From: Raja brachyura | Taxonomy: Eukaryota | NCBI GenBank assembly: GCA_963514005.1 | Contig: OY740788.1 | Span: 42,594,001-42,658,000 of the forward strand | DNA: 64,000 bases | Direction of reading: 5' to 3' | In this document: piece after piece, positions 51,616 to 64,000 of the stretch | Layout of the letters: each line of letters opens with the position of its first letter | How positions within the stretch are numbered: position 1 is the first letter of the stretch | The notes under the pieces: model-generated | Told to the model about the DNA's origin: nothing | What the model saw: the letters and a program-made list of their open reading frames with translations, nothing else | The model's database searches: none | Made by a program: the position numbers and the translations under genes

Positions 51616-53519
51616 ACTCTGTAGAGCTGATATTACTGCACCAACCAAACTGATTCCCATCTTGTATCCCATGGAAACTATTTGTTCATGTTGCCCGACT
51701 GTGCTAAAGATCCTCAAGCTTTTTTTTAAAAAGATGATTGTAATTGGGGAACAGTTGTCCAAAAATCAAACAGAATTATATATTTTTAAGACTCAATGAT
51801 GGTCAGCAGCAACAACTCACGGGAGGTTGGAAGAGTAATTAGTCAATCTAAATTTCTGATTAAACTGTGGGTTATATATACAGTGGAAATTAGGCAACAA
51901 TGTGCACATTACAAAATATACACTTTTTACTGTTAATCAAGTGCAGCAATGGGTATTCCTTACTGTGAGCATTTATTGGAATACACTTCTTTTCAATCAC
52001 TATTATTGCTACAGACTTGATTTTTCCCTCCCATATTTCCAGTATTATTTTACTATAAATGTAAAATAGATCATACTTTAAAATTGTGCCAATATAATGC
52101 AATCTTTTTAATCTTATTGGTTGTAAGGTGTATAAAAATGTAGTCAACGTATCAGCTATTTAATTTTTTTATTTTAATACACATTAATTTAACTGTGCGA
52201 AATATGACTCCTGTAATTGCATTCCATTTTTTAAGATCCAAACTAAATTTTTCATGTTGAGTTTAATAGATTAATATTAGATTGCAGTATATTTAAAACA
52301 CAATCATAGATTCATAGTTATATTGTCTTTTCATCCTCAAGCACACAAGTCCTTTACAAATTTTGTAAAAAAAATTGCTCTTTTAATTTTCTTTGTGCGG
52401 GTGCCTCGATTATTTTGATTCTGTTTGTCCCTGTGCTTGACAGTGATTTGGTAGAACTACAGCACATGTTGGTTGTTGAGTCTTAAACAACAGAACATGT
52501 TAACATGAAGATGGGAAACAAAAGCAGGAAGAAAACTGAATGCAGTTGGCCATGAAAAGTTGGGAAGCGGAAGCCTGGTGGGTAACCTGGAATGGTTCAG
52601 CAGTCAGTCATTTGAAAAATAAAATGCCTTTAACATATAAAAGTTTGGGGTAAAAAATGTATGAACCGAAGTTTACAAATATTTCTTACAGCATCAACTC
52701 ATCAAGAGGTGACACTTTATGTAGGGACCTGTTATATGCAAGTTGCTTGATCTGTATGACTATATTACACAGTGGTTTTGCTTAAAACATCCGAGTCGTG
52801 AACCGCTTTGGTCTCGAGGACAGAAGGCATTTTTCTTTCTTTCTCCTTATCAACACTTCCAATTGTTACTTTATACTCGCTTAAAAAGGTACAATTGCAT
52901 GTCCTTGGTGGAATGAGAAATCCTAGAATAATGTACAAATTCTCACCAGGTAACGGACACTGGACTAATGTACAGCTCATATATGCGATCGAGTGTTTGG
53001 CAGACTGTCGGCATGGATCTGCCTGGTACTGCAGGGCTGCAAGCAGCATCTGCTGTGTGAGAACTCAGTTTGCAGCAATATCTGAATAGCTGAGTTAAAC
53101 GCCCTGGTTTAACTGCACTTTGCCCTTGTTTGGCCTTTGTTTCTATTTAAATATATATTGCTGCGAAGCCACATATGTACCTTATAAATTCTTTGAGTCA
53201 CAAACAGTTTTCAGGAACAGAAACGTCTCGTAACCTGCCTGGGGAGGACCTGGGGTCCACAAACAAAATAAATGTACACTTCCTCCACGGCAGACAGTTT
53301 AAAAATATATCATTTGTCAATTTTGGTTATATATTTACTGCACAGTTTACATATAACCTCATGCTCTGCTCCCTCCCCTGCCACTGACTGCATACGAGTT
53401 ATTCAAAGCAAAGGGTTAGAAGCAATTGTACAGGCACAATTCTTCACTTCCATATTTCTATAGGGTATAATAGTGAACCATTTTAGTCTGCTAAGTCCAT
53501 GTTGGATCATAGAGCTGCC

Positions 53520-53719
53520 CTCCAATCCCTGGCAATTTACACTGGCCAATTAACCTATCAACCTGTACATCTGAGATGTGGGAGAAAACCAGGGTCAGCC
53601 CATGTAGGCCCGCAAAGGATGCGCAAACTCCACACAGACAGCCACAGAGGTCGGGACTGGAGCTGGGCCGCTGGTGCTGTGAGGCAGCTGGGTTCTAGTA
53701 CCTGTGCCACTGTGCTGCC
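53520..53719 (-). mobile_element. Diverged V-SINE-type SINE
   Basis: On +: GCCAATTAACCTA...GATGTGGGAG...CAAACTCCACACAGACAGC...TGTGCCACTGTGCTGCCC. Confidence 0.7.
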
Positions 53720-56700
53720 CATTTCTGAGGACAGATGAAACCTTGAGAAATAACAGCAGAATGAACTTGCTCAAGCTAAGAAAACAAGCAGCCACTGCTG
53801 CATTTCATGGACCTGTTATAAATGCTAATTCACAATTCTATATTTATCTGGTAAAGCAAAATGCTTTCTGAAAAATGAACTTATGTTACAACATTTATCG
53901 AATCTCTGTCTCTTCATTAGTAACTGCCTCTTTGTTCCACCATCTGGGTAGCAGCAATACACTTATTACAGTTTCAGTAAATTTACAGTAACAAGACATT
54001 CCCCTGACAAATTAATCACTTTCCAAGCATTTTATCATAAATAAAATATCACCTCTGGTGGGAAATCAGTTAAATCAGTTGATTTAACCCATCTATCAGC
54101 TAGGCCTAATATCTTCCTTTTTTTTATAAAACAGATGGACTTTTCTGCTGACCAGAGGCAATATTAACCCACTTCAGAATTGAAGAATGCCTTCAGATGC
54201 GAGTAGGATAGATTGCTGAATATATAGTGAATTATAGCAGATCATGGGTGATGTAGATATTACCTTGTGTCACTAAAATATGCACAACACTGTACTGACC
54301 ACAGCAGGACTTTTCAAATGAATTGATCTTAATAGGTTTGACGGGAACAAACCTAAGGGAGAAGCCAATCAAGGACTGCTTCTTTAACAGCTGGTCTGCA
54401 TGGCAATAAGGCACCATAACCCTTCATTGAAGACGAGCTGATTTTATTTCCATATCATGATAACTAATTGATATTCTGAACTAATGTGCATACAAAAAGG
54501 AGTTAATTTAAAGAGACTCCATTTCCATGAGCTGAGGGCTAAGATACTCTCTTCCCTGGCTGGATTGGCACAACTGTTGGTCCTAAATATTAAAATAAAT
54601 AAATACGGAAAATACAGTAAAAATTATGAAAGTACCTGCAAGCAAACAGCAGCATTGGCAGTATCGCAAAGGGCAAGGTTCATGTGGAGGATGAGGTCTC
54701 TTTGCACGAGCATGAATCTATGTTTTCTCTTGCAGATGCTAATGGTTCATCTGTGTATTAGATTGTTCAATCCGTTGATAGAGTGTGCTCTACACTCCCA
54801 AACTACACTGCGTGCCAAATGTTACAACCGTAAAATAACAATATGGTCAAATTGTTTTTAATGATAACGATATGGCAGATTGTTCTTGAGGAACATTTGA
54901 ACCGAGCACTTAAACTAACATTTCTCCCCTTTGATCAGCTTACACGGAGAATGATTGTACAAGCATTGTTCCCCATTTTAATGAATATTCATAAATCCAT
55001 TCAGATGTTTCGTTGAACCTTAGAAAATCTGCATACATCGTTTTATAGCATCTCTTTTTTTTCCCAGTTAAAGCTTGAATTATAATTTCCTAAACTACTT
55101 GCATTCATTGCGACAAGGCAATTGGTCTTGGTTATTTAAGGCTAAGAGGCAAAATGTTGATGTGGATGCAATTGAGGAACTCGAACAATTGTGGTGTCAG
55201 TAAGGTCCAGATTTGGATGAGTTGTGTCGCCTCTTGTGGTTAATTAGCCCACCACACTTAGGCTTCTGAATGAAGAATGGCAACTTGAGCATGGTGTTGA
55301 ATGAAGCCAGATCCTATGGACATGTGACCCACTGGGCATCTCAGCCGAGCAAACTTGACCAACAAGCCGTGATGGGTGTTCCAATTAAGTCATTACTAGT
55401 TAGTGACACAAAAATGAGCTAGCAGCCTCTAGTGGTGTGTAAGGTTCCATTACAGCGGCACAACATATTTTAATTTGGCTTGAAGCGGGGTATCAACATT
55501 ATGCTCTCTACTAGTATGAAATATAAAGAGATCTCTGAATTCACAGAATACCCCCGAATTGTGGCAGCCTCCATATTAGCTTGGGCAATTTTTAGTCATC
55601 CTAAAGCAGTTTTTAATTTTCCTCAATGGGGTATCCAACCTCCAAGAAACAACATTCAGAACATTCAGGTTGGTGCTTTCTCAAGGGATTCTCAGTTTCT
55701 CCTTTTGAGGGGTCAGGAGAAGCATCAACTCTCTACCTATATCAGAAATATTAAACTAATTGGTGATTCGCTCTACAAATTTCAGGTCCAAAATAAGCAA
55801 GTCTCAGAGATCGGAGAGTTTGCATTCTTGGGTCCCATTATAAGGCTGATACTGCTGACAATTCAATGTGTCTTTAAAAATCCATGGAAGTTTAGTAAAA
55901 GTTATGCAGAAATGTAACTTTACAAGCACTATCTTGGTTTGAAATTATTTTTTAAGTGAGTCAGGACAAGAACTTTGACATCCTTATCTCTTAAAAGGTA
56001 AAGTTTCTATCTTCCTCCGTCTTGCAAAGTAATTAAAATATCAAAAGTAGTTTCTGTTAAAGTATTCAGAGGTAGTGTTATTTTATGTGGCTGATATTAT
56101 AATTGATAAAACTAATTGACCGCCATGCCTTACCTGGTTAGCTTTCAACAATAAATATCCATTCCAATTGATGGGAAACACAGCTGTTTTTTGGTGAAAT
56201 TCAAAATAGATCTTTTAACCAATAATAAAAAATTTAAATGTTTCAAATACTCTGCTTTGCATTTTTCAGTGAACTACCTGGAACACAAATAGGCTAGATA
56301 GATCTGCTGTCTTTAAAATCCTTGTTAGATTTATTCCCCCTCTTTTAGTTCTATGTTTTCCATTTGTGTTGTTTTTTTCATTTGAAATCCCATATCAGAT
56401 TTGCAAAGACTGCTTAGCAAGTAAGTTGATGACGGAATAATAAAATGCACAGTCTTGATGTTCTAAAGAGGTTCGAGCATATTTGCTAATGCTTAGTGCT
56501 CTACTAAAGGGGCTACAACCCTGCAAATATTTTACCTTCATCTTCCTCGCAAACCACAAACAAAAACATTCCAGAAATATTCATATTCTTGCCTGACAAT
56601 GACAAGAAAAAATGTCCTGTAACAATCTAGATAAAGATAATTTGGTTGCTATCTCCTCTATGATCTATATACAGTATCTAAATCTATATGCAAATAGAAG

Positions 56701-57654
56701 CTTTCAAGCATTTAACACAATCCCCAGCATCCAGGGTGAGAGCTTTCAGTTTACATTGGCTGCTTAAATAATTTACTCTGCTTGCTTGCCTATTGGCACT
56801 GAAGCTGCTCCGGTAAAACCCACAAAGCACACTCTGAATAACCAGATGGACTAACTATGCAGCAGGTGGGACAGATGGCACACAGCCCTGTCTGACGCTG
56901 GATGCTTCAGCACGAACTAGCTTCCTTCCAGGTATATTAGCATCAATCCAGCAGAAACCAATTTTCATCTGAAATTCCGCAGCTTATTTATGGAATCGTC
57001 CACCTCGTCTTGAAAACCGTGTGTTCACAAAAGACCAACAATAGTGTCCTATTTTGTCAAGGGATGGCTGAATAACAAAATATGATTATCTCCAGGAATA
57101 GAATGATAGCTAACCTTAATAAATAGGCTTTAAATTTAAACACCGGCAAAAATGACTTAAGGTCTAGTTACTGAGGGAAAGATAGGAGCAGAGACACATG
57201 GAGGCAGTGAACACCTGTAAATGGGCACAACTTCTCAAAACCGAGATTTAGCTTCACCTTAGTAAACTCATATGCACATGCTTGAATTAGTTTGCCCACA
57301 TATCTCTACAGAATATTAAGTCTTAGACGGTGTAAGTCACCCATCAATAGTAATCTAATTCCCTTCCTTATTATGAATCGCGAAGCATTGTTTAAAAATA
57401 ACTTTGTCCTCCAAATTTAAATAGATGTGCTCTGGTTCCCTTATTTTCTTCTCTCAAAAGTTGTATTTAATTGTCAGTCTTAGATCAGTGACTGTGAAAT
57501 ATGAAGTACAGCTGGTTAGGCTAAAGTTATACTGTGGGCTGCAAATTGCATTTTGCATGCTGGGTTGAATAAAGGCTGTTCTCCGAGTGTTGTACTGGTG
57601 AGGGAGTCAACCAAAGCATCCACTTGTTCCCAATATTAAAAAACTGCCGTGCGT

Positions 57655-58030
57655 TGATCTTGTAGAGGTTTATAACATCATGAAGAGTATAGATGAGGTG
57701 AACAGCCTCAGCTTTTTCTCCCAGGGTAAGGGAGTCAAAAACTTGAGGGCATATGTTTGAGGTGAGAGGGGAACTATTTGAAAAGAGCCCGAGGAGCAAA
57801 CTTTTCACATGGACTGTGGTCCATACGTGGAATGAGCTGCCAGAGGAAGTGGTAGAGGCGGCTACAATTATGGCACTTACAAGATACTCGGACCAGTACA
57901 TAGATGGGAAAAGATTGGAGGGATATGAGGCAGGTCCAAGCAAGTGTGACTAGTTTGGCTCATCAACTGGGTCAACTTGGACAAGCTGGACTAAAGGGGC
58001 TGTCTCTATGCTGTATGCTTCAATGACACA
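57655..58030 (+). mobile_element. CR1/HER1-type LINE 3' end
   Basis: DLVEVYNIMKSID...FEVRGE...LFTWTVVHTWNELPEEVVEA... is a CR1 ORF2 C-terminus plus 3' UTR. Confidence 0.85.
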
Positions 58031-61000
58031 ATTCAATATGAAATAGTTTAAAGGAGCTAAATCTTCCAACGGACCATTTGGCATTTCAAAAATCCATGCT
58101 CATGTCCATTTGGGACTGCAATGCGCATGGTGTTCAGCCCTGTGTTATAACATTTGGTTTTTAAACTCCAATTGTCACCTGACACATAAGTTATAGTATG
58201 GCTTCACAATGGGAACGATGTCTACAATCCAAATGAACAAAGAGCACCTTAAAAAACATATACAAGCAACCAAATTCACAAATTCAAGTCCACTTTGGTT
58301 TACTAATATAACTTTACCACTGTGGAAAACTTGAAAGATTCAAACAACAATTCAGAAACAAAACGAAAAAAAAGAATTTTTGGACTATGTGTGCATTAAC
58401 TGGAAGGGTGTAGAGCTCTCGATGGCACCGTTCTTTGTTTAGAAAATAAACCCAACCCAGAGGAAGACGACTTTAAGCTTTGGTTTGGTCTGTTTGGGTT
58501 GCCAACAGTTTTCTGGAATTAGCCTGTTTTTTGCATTGTGCACACCAGCTGATGACTAGATATTAACCAAACTGTTTTGTTTTAGGGAGTGACCTGTATC
58601 ATGCACACAAACAACCTCACCTGGCTTGACTTACCATCCTCAATCTCAAAGGAAGAGAGGGGGGGGAGAAATAAAAGGAGCGAGATAAGGGGTTGACCTG
58701 CCGTAATCCACAAGGATGAAAGTTGCAACCTATGGCACAGAATAGCAACATTCCCGCACTCTGTCAGGGCTAACTAGCGTCTGCCTTTATCAGTGCTCGG
58801 CGCAATGGGTTTTGGTGACATGCTCTTGAACACCAGCATCATTCTGTCAGGACAAATTTGAGGCACATAGAAGGGACTAAATTGCAATTTATGATGCTGA
58901 TTAAAAGGAATAAAGATCGCTGAAGTGGTTCTTGTTCCTTTAAAACGTGCTAACAAAATATAGTCATAGACTAGTCTAATGTGGCTAGAATCGTAGATTA
59001 CATTTGCTGAATATAAAATTTAATTCTGGCTTCCTAACCAAGCAGGAGCTGAGGAATTTAAAAAAAGAACTTGACAAAAAGGTCCATATATTAATTACAA
59101 AATCTCCAGGGACTATCCTGGAGTTCAGCAGCAGCAACCAGCTGAGGCGTTATTGAATTACTCTAACTGATAAGGGGTTTACATGCAAAATCTTTACCAA
59201 AAAAATCTTTAAAAATAAAATAGCCTTTAACTGAAATAACTTTTAAACTTTTTTGAGGGTGTATAAAAATAAATCCAGAGCTTAAAAAATGTGTTCTTCA
59301 ATATTCTTACTGTAACTAATTGAAAAAACTAACCCTCTAGATTGCTTGCTTGCCTAAAGCAGCCTGAATGAAAATGAAATAGCTGCACTAAATCGACTTC
59401 GGGAAAAGGTAGTCATTTTACTAAGGTCTCCTCGGTTGAATTATCCAACACTGTCGCAAGGAGAGAAAAAATTCAAACATTGAGATGCCACAGCATGGCT
59501 TACCGCTGTTTGATTTGAAATCCAAAGTATGAATCATTGAGTTTCACTGATGTAAAACTTGGCATTTTATTCACACTGGGTAACAAGCTGCCTCCAGTAA
59601 TGATTGCTCGTGCCTATTCAAAATATATCAACATTTCAAAGCCCTCATCGTTCTACCGAGTAGCTGAACAGAACAATTACAACAGTTAAAAACATTTTCT
59701 ATGTTATCTGAGGCCACATCGTGATATAAAAAAAGTATTACAAATAGAAATGCAGCCACAATTAATTAACTCAGAAGCCTTTACTCGGTTAGCCATTTAA
59801 CGCATGCTTTACTTATATTTTTGAACTGGACATTAAAAACTGGATGTTATTGCTAATTTCAGAATTTCTGATCATCGTTTTAAAATCCTGCGCAAGAATA
59901 TTTAAAATAGAGAAAGGTAATTTCCAAGTCAAAGAATAATGCATGAAGGGGCAGCATAACCGAAGAAAAGACTAAGTAGTAAGACGAACCCTGAGCAATA
60001 GGAGGGTATAAAATTACCCTTTAATTTATCTGCTGGAGAATTTGCAGACTGGACAATTGGTCAGCCGCAGCACTGGGCCTCAAGTGAAACTGGACATATA
60101 CTTGTTCTGAAATCTCTTATCTGTCTAACCTGCTGGGATTAGTTTAACACAGTAAAGCCAATTATAGCACTTGCCATTACGCCAGCTATCTACAAAGCAC
60201 CCACCCATCTCCATACACGCACTTTAAGACTGAGCGCTGTCCATAAGTGTAGAATGAATATTTCTTCTTGATTTCTAGAAAGGATAACAATATGAAATAA
60301 GACAAGTATGTGCCATGATTTAGTAGCATTTTTAAGCAAGCAAGACCCATCCCATCTGTAGAACTCTGGCCACATGATTGATTGGACAGGTGTCATTCAT
60401 ACTAATGTTAAAACCTGACAGTGCTGATCTGTAAGGCTCTACTGACTAATACAATCTGAAGCCAATTACATAGCTCCATATGGGTACAGTAAAGCAGCCA
60501 CTGCAATGAACAACTGCGCCTGGCTCACGCCTACAGTGGTCATTTAAGAGAAGGCCATTTTGTCCAGCAAGAGCTGAATCCGGCCGCTCCACCACCCTTT
60601 AATGTAATGTTTTATGAATTTATATTTTGCTTCCATCTGAGATGAGTCCCCCTTGAAGAACAAACAGGCACTTCAAAGGAAACAAAGCAGAGAAAGTAAT
60701 GTTGGGAATCTGACGCGGCACTTTTTTTTACTGTGGCGTAAAGTCCGGGGAGGTGAAAGCAAAGGAAGAAGCTGTAAGTGAGCATCAAACCGGCAAGATT
60801 GTTGGTGTCAGAGTCACACCATCAAACACGCGTGAAGTATGATTGGGGACACAAGAGGGTAAATATTTCACTGTCTGGCAGTATTGAAAGCTGCAATTCA
60901 TTTCTTTCTTGGTTTAGGACAATGACAATTTAATACAAGGCGAGTGAATGTAAAAGAGATAATACTGCACAAACTGCTCCAGTGTAATCGCCTATTTCCT

Positions 61001-61774
61001 CCAGAGAGCTTAACCATAGGCACAGATACACATTCCGAGCAGATCAAAAATATATTGCTTTTTGCCACAGTCTCGCCAATTAAAATATCATTTGTAGCAT
61101 TCTAATCTTTGTAATTTATAGCGACCACAAAGCCAGGGAATAAATTTATTTTTTAAAAAAAGCTTTTTGTGCGGGAATGAAATCAGGAGTCGCATGGGTT
61201 TTATTTTTACTGCAGGTTAATTACTATATCACTGGAGGCTCTGACAACAAAAGAGGTGCAGCAAAAAGCATTTAAATGAACATACTAAATAGCCTCTTCC
61301 CTCTGAATACAAGGTTGTCATAGAGTACATCTTGCATCTTTCAAACGGAGCATCTGACCTCTTGCAATATTTAAAGCTCCGTGCAAATATGCAAAACCTG
61401 CCGAACAGCGGGAGAAAACTCTATTTGAAGCATTTCAAGATGTGAAGGTATTTTCATACAGGTTTGTGACGTTCTTCCCATAGCCCGTGCCTGTTGCTCC
61501 TTGAACAGGGGTGATCATTTAAAGGGACAATCGTTTAAATAGTACAATGAAAAGTGAGAGAACTTGATACAAGTTGTCAGCTAGATTTTATTCTCCCTTT
61601 CCTCGTTTGCGGCAAGCTGCCTGTTAAAAAAAATCTCTGCTTAGAATCAGTAACAAAAGCTATGTTGTACAAATTTCATTTGGATGCAACTACATCAAGT
61701 GCATTATAAAAGACAATCATAGTAATTTGCTTTGAGAATAAAATAAAACATAATTTAAAAAAAAGGTAATATCT

Positions 61775-61846
61775 CTTTCTCTCTCACTCACAAACACATA
61801 CACGCAGGCACAGACACACTCACAGACACAGACACATACACACAGC
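61775..61846. repeat. Imperfect (CT)/(CA) microsatellite in intron 1
   Basis: CTTTCTCTCTCACTCACAAACACATACACGCAGGCACAGACACAC... Confidence 0.75.
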
Positions 61847-62111
61847 AGAGACCTTGTCCATTCCGATGGCTTTTTCACATCTTTGGCTACATTACAAATA
61901 GCAGCACAATATGCAGTAACAGTAGACTGCTTCTGGGAATCTGGAGATAATTCAGAGAACATCCGTTACACAGAAGAGTAGGACATAATCCTGGCACAAA
62001 ACATGCAAGCAGGCAGCACAGACACACAGGGACAGACACATATACAACAAATCCCCAGTAGCCCTGTAAAACAAAAAAAAAAGCCCGGAATGGAAAGAAA
62101 AGGGTACCTAC

Positions 62112-62167
62112 TCTTCGTTGTAGCGGAGAGAAAAAGATTCAGGGAGACAAAGTTCTACAAAATCCAT
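62112..62167 (-). CDS. ESRRG: ESRRG coding exon 1 (long isoform N-terminus)
   Basis: Minus strand reads ATG GAT TTT GTA GAA CTT TGT CTC CCT GAA TCT TTT TCT CTC CGC TAC AAC GAA GA|GTAGGT = MDFVELCLPESFSLRYNEE, close to the ERRgamma N-terminus MDSVELCLPESFSLHYEEE. It is 56 nt with a phase-2 donor that joins exon 2 in frame (GA+G = Glu). Not in the ORF track. Confidence 0.95.
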
Positions 62168-62183
62168 GTGCGCTCAGCACCAT
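62139..62183 (-). other. Out-of-frame upstream ORF overlapping the ESRRG start (MVLSAHGFCRTLSP*)
   Basis: ATG 16 nt upstream of the main ATG in strong context (ataATGG); stop TGA at 62141-62139 inside exon 1. Confidence 0.7.
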
Positions 62184-62335
62184 TATTCGAGTCCACACTC
62201 CTGGCAATAAATCAAAGTTCCCTGACAGAGTGGCACAATTAACACAAATGTTCTCTGGTGACAGCCTATAGGCAAAGCCAGCTGGGACCAAGCTCGCACT
62301 CTCCTAATCAAGGTCTTAAAGTCCCGATTGTAGCT
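62168..62335 (-). other. ESRRG: ESRRG exon 1 5' UTR (approximate start)
   Basis: Minus strand AAGCTACAATCGGGACTTTAAGACCTTGATTAGGAGAGTG...GAACATTTGTGTTAATTG...AATAATGG...CGCAC-ATG strongly resembles the mammalian ESRRG long-isoform 5' UTR as I recall it. The TSS is inferred, not measured. Confidence 0.7.
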
Positions 62336-62420
62336 TATTAATATGAAGCAGGTCTTTACATATGCAATCCCCGACCTCACCAGTCTTCGCATTGGTGGGA
62401 TTGTAGCCACTCAGAGCAAA
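62336..62420 (-). promoter_or_regulatory. Putative proximal promoter of ESRRG exon 1
   Basis: CCAAT box at 62391-62395 (minus), with TGAGGTCG, ATTGCATAT and TATGTAAA motifs just upstream of the inferred 5' UTR. Positional inference only. Confidence 0.45.
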
Positions 62421-64000
62421 GCACTGCAGACAGGACAATTCCTACACTGGCTAAGGGAAGCAATGCAGGTACAGTAGGCGGGAAATCAGTAAACTGGGAG
62501 GAGGGAGACAAAATTCCACAACCATATACGTTGTACAGCATTTAAAGCACAATTTTTATTAGTCTTAAAGCACTGCGAAAAAAAACCTTAAAGGGACCTT
62601 GCTCATACACCGCTGCAAAAGTTTCTGTGAAAATTACAGCTTGAGCTGACAAATAATTTTACAAGTTTCGATCATTACTTTGCCTCTGTTTTTCTATACC
62701 ATTTAATATATTTTATCACTGAAAGTACAACGGCAAATTCTTTTTAGCATTATTTCTTTTATAAAACGCAATGGCATTTTTATTCCTTTTTGAACTGAAT
62801 GGTCTTTCCTATGAGAAGATTCATGTGGCCCGGTTAAATATTTTAAAGTCAAACACTTTTTAGAAATGTATTAAACATAATATAGAGTAAAATCTAAATT
62901 TTAGGTCATTTTCAAGGGAAGGCTTGAGATTTTTACCTCTGAAATTTAAGTTTGTATTGGAAAATAGGTCTTACATATTATTTCATTTTGCTGAAGTGTT
63001 GCACACTGACAGCTTTTTTGTTTTAAACGCCGCTTGCAAATTTAGCACGAAGCTGAGAGTTTAGGAATGACGAAGAGAGAAAAACTCATCAGGGCGTTTC
63101 ACGTCTTCATACCCAATTTGCAAACTCTGGATGCTCCAGAAGTATGATGACAAATGCTTCCCTTGTGCAAGCACCCTATATCTTTACTGTGTTGACACGA
63201 ATTGCCTGCTACAGAGCAAGACGACAATGTGGCTCGAAGCAATTGTGGAAAGGCTAACCGGCGTAGTCAAAGCTATTGCAGGAACTGTTCTGAAATACAG
63301 CTCCTCCAATCATGGTCTCCTTCAAATAAAGTGAGCTCCAACAGCTGGCTGTCCCTCTGCATTCCGTTAACCCAATGTAAACCCTTTTTAGTGTCCAAAA
63401 ACAAGGCTGTCTCAGAATTGCTTCTGATGTTAAATTAACCATTCAGCAGGCACAGTGTTGCTGGCTGTTGCTTTCCTGAAAGGGTTTTCTAAAGGCCTTG
63501 TAATCAGTCAGAACAAGTTGAAAATATTTAACAACAAAAATTCCGCCTAATTATCGAAAGGCTGACGACCAGCTTCAAGTACATTTGTGGATTCCATCAA
63601 TTTCTGATTGCATTGTCTAATCTTAATTTTAAAAAATGTCTATGTATATTTATTATGCAATCAAAGACTGCTGGTGGGTCAACTAAACTAATACCTACGA
63701 TTAACAAACAATATTTCAGAAATTAAACATCATTGTTTTGAGGTTCCATACTTCCTCATTTTATAATTTAAATTCAACTTATCCAATTACTAAATTAAAT
63801 ATAGTAAATTAATATTATTGGATTTCACCTCGCACACGCAACCACTCGCACCAACACACAAAAATGGCACACATTAAATCTATATTATTAGGCAATCTTA
63901 GCATTTAATAATCAGTATAAGCATAGTCCTTTCCACAGTTCAGAAACACATTCTTCCTCAACCACATTATGCTTCTTTAGATAAAATGCCACATGACTGC

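Noticed and set aside
55222-55440. Two CTCF-like motifs (CCACAAGAGGCG and CCACTAGAGGCT on minus)
   Set aside because: Both are one G short of the CCASYAGRKGGC core; not supportable without ChIP data.
55480-55917. 145 aa plus-strand ORF (also the 125 aa ORF at 54484-54861)
   Set aside because: No recognisable domain or exon structure, and antisense within an intron; compatible with chance.

Overview
AT-rich vertebrate genomic DNA. The repeat content (HE1/V-SINE-type SINEs, CR1/HER1-type LINE ends, Penelope pLTR fragments) points to a cartilaginous fish, probably a skate or ray (inference). The window holds the 5' part of ESRRG (estrogen-related receptor gamma, NR3B3) on the minus strand. Five coding exons join in frame through GT-AG introns: 62167-62112, 38871-38459, 35558-35442, 6879-6769 and 4418-4257. 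The rest of the ligand-binding domain lies beyond position 1. Coding exons 1 and 3 are not in the supplied ORF track. The introns carry a degenerate IR/DR-type DD34E Tc1 transposon with a Penelope-like retroelement nested in it (GIY-YIG fragment, inverted pLTRs, hammerhead ribozyme cores). They also carry a ~730 bp MITE, a 406 bp RTE-related non-autonomous retroposon with an 8 bp TSD, many SINE/LINE fragments and several repeat-free blocks that look like conserved enhancers. Most other listed ORFs are spurious or repeat-derived. I see no new protein-coding system. The best leads are RNA-level: candidate ribozymes in small retroposons, an overlapping uORF on the long-isoform start, and a splice donor rebuilt at the exon 2/3 junction. 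Comparisons with known sequences are from memory, not from database searches.
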